Source of the DNA: Eukaryota sp. TZLM1-RC | Lineage: Eukaryota > Protista > Metamonada: BaSk clade | Length of the DNA stretch: 64,000 nucleotides | Reading direction: 5' to 3' | Assembly: GCA_040285825.1 (NCBI GenBank) | Contig: JAUPSS010000004.1 | Location: 3,266,550 to 3,330,549, forward strand | In this document: in pieces, positions 58,230-64,000 of the stretch | How the letters are laid out: each line of letters opens with the position of its first letter | How positions within the stretch are numbered: position 1 is the first letter of the stretch | Made by a program: the position numbers and the translations under genes | Notes under the pieces: model-generated | Told to the model about the DNA's origin: nothing | What the model saw: the letters and a program-made list of their open reading frames with translations, nothing else | Databases searched by the model: none

Positions 58230-59620
58230 GATAAAAATAACCATCTAGAATTCAATATCCTCCAAACAAGCGTCACTGTTACTGAACCTACTCACAGCAT
58301 TACGTTCATATTCTACACCAATAGCTAAAAGTGCCTTTGAAATCATTGTAGGAATAGACTTGAAAATGCAAAAAACAATTCTATTTAACCAGAAAGTGGA
58401 GTTCATTGTTTTACCAGACCTATTCAGTAACACTTTTTTAAAATTTTCCAAAAAGTGCAACCCTGAAGGTCCAATATTGCCAAAAAGAGAAATGGCAAAC
58501 GGCACAAACTGATATTTCACATGTTCCACTCTACCTAACTGTGCCAAAGGTTCTTCATATTTTTTTATCTTCTTTTTTTCGGCGTTAGATAATGGCGAAT
58601 CAGCGGAATACACTAAACGAGCAGCAGAATTTTTGCAAACATCAACTGAGACAACATCTACAACATTAACAACACCATCGATCCCTGGAGCTACTAAATC
58701 TGCCCTTCTGTTACCAAAGGAATCATCAGTTTGATCTGAAGACAGCTTACGTACTAGTGGCTCAATAAAAGCCTCTATATTGAAACTTTTGCACATGGCA
58801 TATAATTGATCACGAACTGAGTCATGAACAATTGAGTGATAAGTTATAAAATACTTACAGTTTAAAATATGGGAAAGCGTAACAACACTCTTGCTGCGAC
58901 AAATTAAATCATTTCGTAATGAACAAGGCCATAGAAAACATCTCATTCTCATTGCATTGGTCCATTGGTGATCATTAAGTAGAAGGCCATAAATGTTGAA
59001 TTTGGGAATTTGGGAAATTAGGCAACTTGAACAACTGTCTTCAAGATCAATCAAAAAGTTTGCAAAAACGGGATTTTTTTCCTTAGCCAAGGTAAGACGT
59101 ACAATATATTCCAAGTTTTCTAAAACTTTCAAGATTTTTTTCTGCAATTTTGCAAAAGTCAGTGGTAAGGAGAGCAAGCTTCTTGAAGGAAGTTCCACAA
59201 TATCAGAGGGGAAACATTGAGCCCAAATATTGGGTGAAAGAGTTTCAATTCCTGTTGCAAAGAAATAAGATAAGAGCTGCCACAATTTTCAATGAGATGA
59301 ATTTTTTCAGGAAAACGATTCACTAATTCATAAATAAAATTCTTTCCACCTCCAATAAAGGCAGCTTTACAAAGGTAGCTTGATTTATGAAAATCAACAC
59401 CACCAAAATTTATACCACAAAAAATGTGGCTTCGTAACTGATATGCATCAATTTCCAATAATTTTGCTAAAAAACTGGTTCTTTGTTCATTAAAAATGCG
59501 ACAAAACTCCAAAGAAATTGATGGTGATGTTGATCTCAAAATATGAGTAAATTCTCCAGAATAACAGATTTTTAGGAAAAAGAATTTCAAATGTTTCTCA
59601 ATATTTAAATTTTCTATTGA
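58230..59620 (-). mobile_element. Longest family A RLE LINE fragment (frameshifted)
   Basis: THILRS, HILNC..HDSVRD..IEP..RRAD..VDV..K.KKY motifs; ends EDIEF. Confidence 0.88.
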
Positions 59621-59724
59621 AAAAAGGCATTGAGAAGAAAATGTTCCACTTCCCAAAAACTCAGTCCCTCTACATTGGTGTAAAAAGGACACTTATTTCA
59701 TTGTTATAGACAATATCTGTTTCA

Positions 59725-61170
59725 ATGAACAACATCGACACCTCTCAAAGATGGTACTTCCTTGATTGGATGCGTGTTTTGGGTGTTCTTCAGGTGATGA
59801 TTGTCCATGCTCTTCAGTTCTTTGACAATCATCCAGATGCTTTTGCATTCAAGCTCCGTGATCCCTCTGAACCCGAAATACCTGTAGTTGAGGCTTATCA
59901 ACTCTATGGCCATGCATTCGGTATGCCTGTCTTCTTCATCATTGCTGGAGCCGCTGCTGTACTTGGCTACTCTTCGAAAAAGAACGTATACAAGAGTATC
60001 TGTGCTCGTGCTGCCCGTCTCCTTGTTCCTCTCTCCCTTGGCCTTTTTGTCCTCATCATTCCTGCAAAATTCATCACCCCAGAGACCATTATATGCGGAG
60101 ACCTTGAAGCTCCTTCTAATTTCTTCTACTTCTATTTCTTCTACTTAGCTCGCTGTCTCCCGCACCATGGAGTCTGGTGGTTGTGGTTCCTGGTCATTCT
60201 GTTTGTCGTCACCTCAGCCATACTTCCCCTCATCGACTCTTCCTCTGCAGTTCTAGCAAAACCCACAGACCCTTCAACACACAAGCAGTCGAATATCTTT
60301 TTACTAATTTATTCTATAGTTATATTTGCAATTTCTTTTGTTTCTGGTCTTCCTTTTACCTGCGCCCTAGCCGCTGTTATACAGATTTATGTCGTAACTG
60401 GCTTGTTGTCTCTCAAGGTCACATCAAACAACATTAACGGTAAGTACTCGTGGTTAGCCTTTGCTTTGTCATCTTTAGCTAGAGGTGTTTACCATTTACG
60501 AATTCCGGCAGAAGATGACTTTGTAGCAAATTGGTTATTTGTTTTGGTAGGTTTTGCGCTTCCTGTGATAATGGGAGCTTCAATGGCTCTGTATAAGGAT
60601 GATTTTATGAATTTTATAAGAAATAAGAAATTAGTTGGTATTTTTGGATTGATAACCATTTCTCTTTCCTTATTTCTAATGGGTATTGTAGCTGGACAAG
60701 AAGATCCAAGGTTTGATTATTACAAGCTTAATGGTATTTATGTCACCTACAAGGGTGGTTTTGCTGAATGGAATAGACTAAAGTTTCATTTAGCTACTGT
60801 TGTTTTATTATGTGTCATTCTATCTTTTGCGGTATTAACCATTAATGATCCTATTAACAAGGCAGTATACACCTTTTTGAATAGGTCTGTTGTTTGTGTC
60901 TATATGCTGCATGGTCTGCCTCAAATTATTATTGCAAGTTTTTTGAGTAATCTTAATGTACCTCTTTTGTTTGAAATATTGATTATGATCTCTATACCGC
61001 AGATCATGACGTATTGCTCGGCTGTTTTGATTGATAATGTGAAATATTTAAGAACTGTTTTTGGTTTCACTGGAAAACCTGTAAAAATTCCGTTCATTAA
61101 AGGTAAAGAGAAGGAAATAGAAAATCAGAATTTTGAAAATCCAATGATTATTGTTGATAATAGCAAGTAG
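59725..61170 (+). CDS. Acyltransferase-3 (OpgC/MdoC-like) membrane protein
   Basis: R...LDWMR..........H, MPVFFIIAG, RAARLLVP, LWFL, VYMLH motifs; about 10 hydrophobic segments. Confidence 0.8.
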   Translation: MNNIDTSQRWYFLDWMRVLGVLQVMIVHALQFFDNHPDAFAFKLRDPSEPEIPVVEAYQLYGHAFGMPVFFIIAGAAAVLGYSSKKNVYKSICARAARLLVPLSLGLFVLIIPAKFITPETIICGDLEAPSNFFYFYFFYLARCLPHHGVWWLWFLVILFVVTSAILPLIDSSSAVLAKPTDPSTHKQSNIFLLIYSIVIFAISFVSGLPFTCALAAVIQIYVVTGLLSLKVTSNNINGKYSWLAFALSSLARGVYHLRIPAEDDFVANWLFVLVGFALPVIMGASMALYKDDFMNFIRNKKLVGIFGLITISLSLFLMGIVAGQEDPRFDYYKLNGIYVTYKGGFAEWNRLKFHLATVVLLCVILSFAVLTINDPINKAVYTFLNRSVVCVYMLHGLPQIIIASFLSNLNVPLLFEILIMISIPQIMTYCSAVLIDNVKYLRTVFGFTGKPVKIPFIKGKEKEIENQNFENPMIIVDNSK

Positions 61171-61282
61171 TTTATTTATAATTGTTTTGATCTGTTTTTA
61201 ATAATATAATTTTAATTTTTGATTCTAATTGGCTAAATAGACTGAATATAACACTAAATCTAATTAGTTAAATAAAAAACCA

Positions 61283-61936
61283 TCAACTTTTTGGATCCTC
61301 TTCTTTCTTTGTTTTACTGTTTTCAGATTTTTTTAACAAATCACCTTCCCATTGTTTTTTAAATTTCAAAAATAATTTCATTGCTGCTGACGCATCTTCT
61401 GCTGGATCATGTTCCCCGGATTGAATATTTAATTTTAAGAACTTGGCAGCCAGCATTTGAAGTTTTGGTGTAGAAGTAGAAGGCATTCCTCTTTGAAAGT
61501 ACTTATATTTTGCTGTGTCACGAATAAGTGACCGTGGATGAGAGAGTCCCAGAGCCCTGAAATCATGTTGAAGATCATGTCCGACAACCACACGGTTTGA
61601 TATGAGAGAGTTTACTTCACGTTGACACTGGGAGAATGAAACGGCATTTTGAAGGTTTTCTGCAGTGACACCGCTCCAACGTGTTCGATAGTCAGTGACT
61701 TCTTCCTGTGGTTTTACGTAGTTGGAATAGACAGTTTCGCATAGTTCATTGACAACAACTACATGAGCTAAAGCTGATCGATGACCTCCTGATCCAACAC
61801 CAACCATTTCACAATCAAGAGCAAGACAACGAGTAAGTCGAGGCTGATCAGAAGATGAAACTTTCTTTAGTGGTTTAGAAGTAGACCGTCTGCGTTTCCT
61901 GAGATGTGCTTTCCAATTGGAATCTGCTTTCACCAT
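61283..61936 (-). CDS. REX4: RNA exonuclease 4 (DEDDh)
   Basis: ALDCEMVGVG, DYRTRWSG, VGHDLQHDF, IQSGEHDPAEDA motifs; ATG at 61936. Confidence 0.9.
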   Translation of the reverse strand: MVKADSNWKAHLRKRRRSTSKPLKKVSSSDQPRLTRCLALDCEMVGVGSGGHRSALAHVVVVNELCETVYSNYVKPQEEVTDYRTRWSGVTAENLQNAVSFSQCQREVNSLISNRVVVGHDLQHDFRALGLSHPRSLIRDTAKYKYFQRGMPSTSTPKLQMLAAKFLKLNIQSGEHDPAEDASAAMKLFLKFKKQWEGDLLKKSENSKTKKEEDPKS

Positions 61937-62305
61937 TGAAGTGTAGAAGTTGTTGTGGGACGCCTTTGCTTGTAAGATGTGCAATATGATTAGAAATAGG
62001 TAAACAGATGTATTTTCGTTTACTATTATTATTAACACTGAAGTGCTCTACAAATATCTTCTTCTGATAAACATAATCAACTTATTGATAAAACAACCAG
62101 TGTTATGGTCATAAAATGCGGTAAAATTTAGTAATGATTGCATTATTAAAACAATGAGCAATTATTCCTGGCTTTTGCTTTATCTGCCAACATGTTGCGG
62201 GTGATGGACACACTGCAAATGGTGAAGATAGTGCGTTCACAATGGTCTAAAAGGGTTAAATCATCAAAAAGAAAAAGTCTAATTCCATTGTTGTAGACAT
62301 TTAGA

Positions 62306-62744
62306 ATGGTCACTGTTCCACGAGTATATGAGTCTTTCTCGCTCATCTTAGAACTTCCGTCTTCTTGAAGAGCTTGAGAAGGGCGAAAAGGGTCTCAGCT
62401 CTGGTATGATATCTTATGGTCTTGATAACAACGATCGTACCCTCAGCAACTGGTCTGGCATGATTGTTGGACCTGAAAACACAGTATTTGATATGAGAAT
62501 ATACTCTCTCACCTTACATTGTGACAACAACTACCCCAACAGTCCTCCTTCAGTACGATTCATTACCCGTATCAATCTTAACTGTGTAGATAGCAGCGGT
62601 AACGTTATTACTTCAAAACTTCCTGTACTAAAAAATTGGAAACCAGACTACACATTGGAGACTGTTCTCAATGGAATCCGTGATACTATGAGACAATCCC
62701 CCAACAAGAGTGCGAGTCAACCACCAGAAGGGTCGACTTATTAA
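62306..62744 (+). CDS. MMS2: Ubiquitin-conjugating enzyme E2 variant; intron 62324-62351
   Basis: Spliced N-terminus MVTVPRNFRLLEELEKGEKG; C-terminus QPPEGSTY. Confidence 0.93.
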
Positions 62745-63109
62745 TTTTGTGTACTTACCTAAATAAACCTACTTAGTGTCTTTTTAGTAATATGCAATTC
62801 AATTAGGTTATTCATATCAAAGTCAAGTTTAGCTCATTCTGTCCAAAGCCAGCTCATTGACTACAGACAAATATATATGTACATGGTATAGCCAAATTGA
62901 TTTGGTCATTCATCTATTTGGATATTCAATAACCAAAATATTTCCACCCGATCCCTATAAAGGAGTTTTTGATAATCGAAAAATTGCATCCTATCAAGCT
63001 GTTGCCCAAGAGTTAAGAACAACCTTAAATATTTTACAACAGCAAGACTGAAGTACTAAATTTATACGAAAAAATAAATAAATATCTAGATTTACAACTT
63101 ACATCTTAT

Positions 63110-64000
63110 TTAAATTTTGCTTTCCTGAATATCTTCTTCATAGTAGAAACCGGGAAGCTTAATGACCTTGCTAAAGTTAAAATGAATTAAAAAACCACAT
63201 ACCTATTAACAAACATTCCGAATAAAAGAATTGAGAAACCAAACAGTTGAAGCAATGACCACCATGAAAGAGTCTCACCAAATGCAGGAGAAATGGTGTA
63301 ATGAATAAACAAGTTTACAAGCCAGATACATCCAGTACGGAGACCTTCAAGAATGGTACGCAAAATGGCATTGAAGAATTGGGTGACAAACATACCGTAA
63401 AGATTGTAACCAAGAATAACAAGGGTATAGATGACACCGGTGACAGCAATCTTAGGGTTGTTCTTCAACATGTACAAAGTATCAATGGTGTCTTCGTGGA
63501 AGTTTCCAAAGAAACCTTGCTTGGGAAGTTTAGCCATGATGAATAACAAACCAACTCCGACAATTCCACCATAGAGACCTTCAAGACCGACAATAAGAAC
63601 TAGAATGAGATTTGTGAAAGGTCATACCAGGGGGGGCATTCATGTTCTTCATGATCTTTTCTTCACAAACAAGCTGAGTTGCTTGAATGATTTGAGCAAA
63701 TACAGTTAAGCAAATACCAGCTAATTGAAGAGCAGGAGTAACACCTCCAGCTTCGGAACCAGGATCAGCAGGACCGAGGACGGAACTCACAGCAACTGTG
63801 AAAAGACCAGTAACGACAATCATTACAGACATCCATTTATAACGAGGAAGTTGCTTCTTCAAGACAAACTTCGTGAGAATGGCGGAAAAGACGGTCATAG
63901 AACCTCTAAGCATTTGCCAGATACTGGGAGCAATGAACAGTAGACCAATATTCATAAGAATAGTGGCAGCAAGATCAAAGAGAGCAGGAGCACCAACAAC
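63110..64000 (-). CDS. SLC35F6-like DMT/nucleotide-sugar transporter, 5' end outside the window; introns 63600-63627 and 63171-63202
   Basis: SIWQMLRGS, QATQLVCEE, VGLEG.YG, RTILEGLRT motifs; splicing joins the ORF pieces in frame. Confidence 0.8.

Overview
Compact, AT-rich eukaryotic (protist-like) DNA using the standard code, with 28-36 nt spliceosomal introns. Host genes: glycogen debranching enzyme, Ctf4/And-1-like, an RCC1-repeat protein, an Hsp70-like ATPase, SF3A3/Prp9, VPS4, prefoldin 3, a 3.3k-aa degenerate dynein heavy chain, a focadhesin/RST1-like protein, RTEL1-like helicase, an acyltransferase-3, REX4, MMS2/UEV and an SLC35F6-like transporter. Mobile DNA between the genes falls into three groups. 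(1) Fanzor/TnpB-type RNA-guided nuclease loci from three distinct families (four loci). Two are followed by strongly structured RNAs that can be folded by eye (GNRA-capped hairpins plus a possible pseudoknot) and are omegaRNA candidates. The locus at 163-2261 is full-length apart from two single-base homopolymer frameshifts. (2) A young Ty3/Gypsy element (identical 133-bp LTRs, TCTT target duplication) that splits a host gene encoding an H3-like histone fold. It is itself interrupted at the gag-pol junction by a tRNA-Leu/LINE chimeric retrocopy. (3) At least five families of 5'-truncated RLE-type non-LTR retrotransposons. All calls come from motif recognition and manual alignment; no database searches were run.
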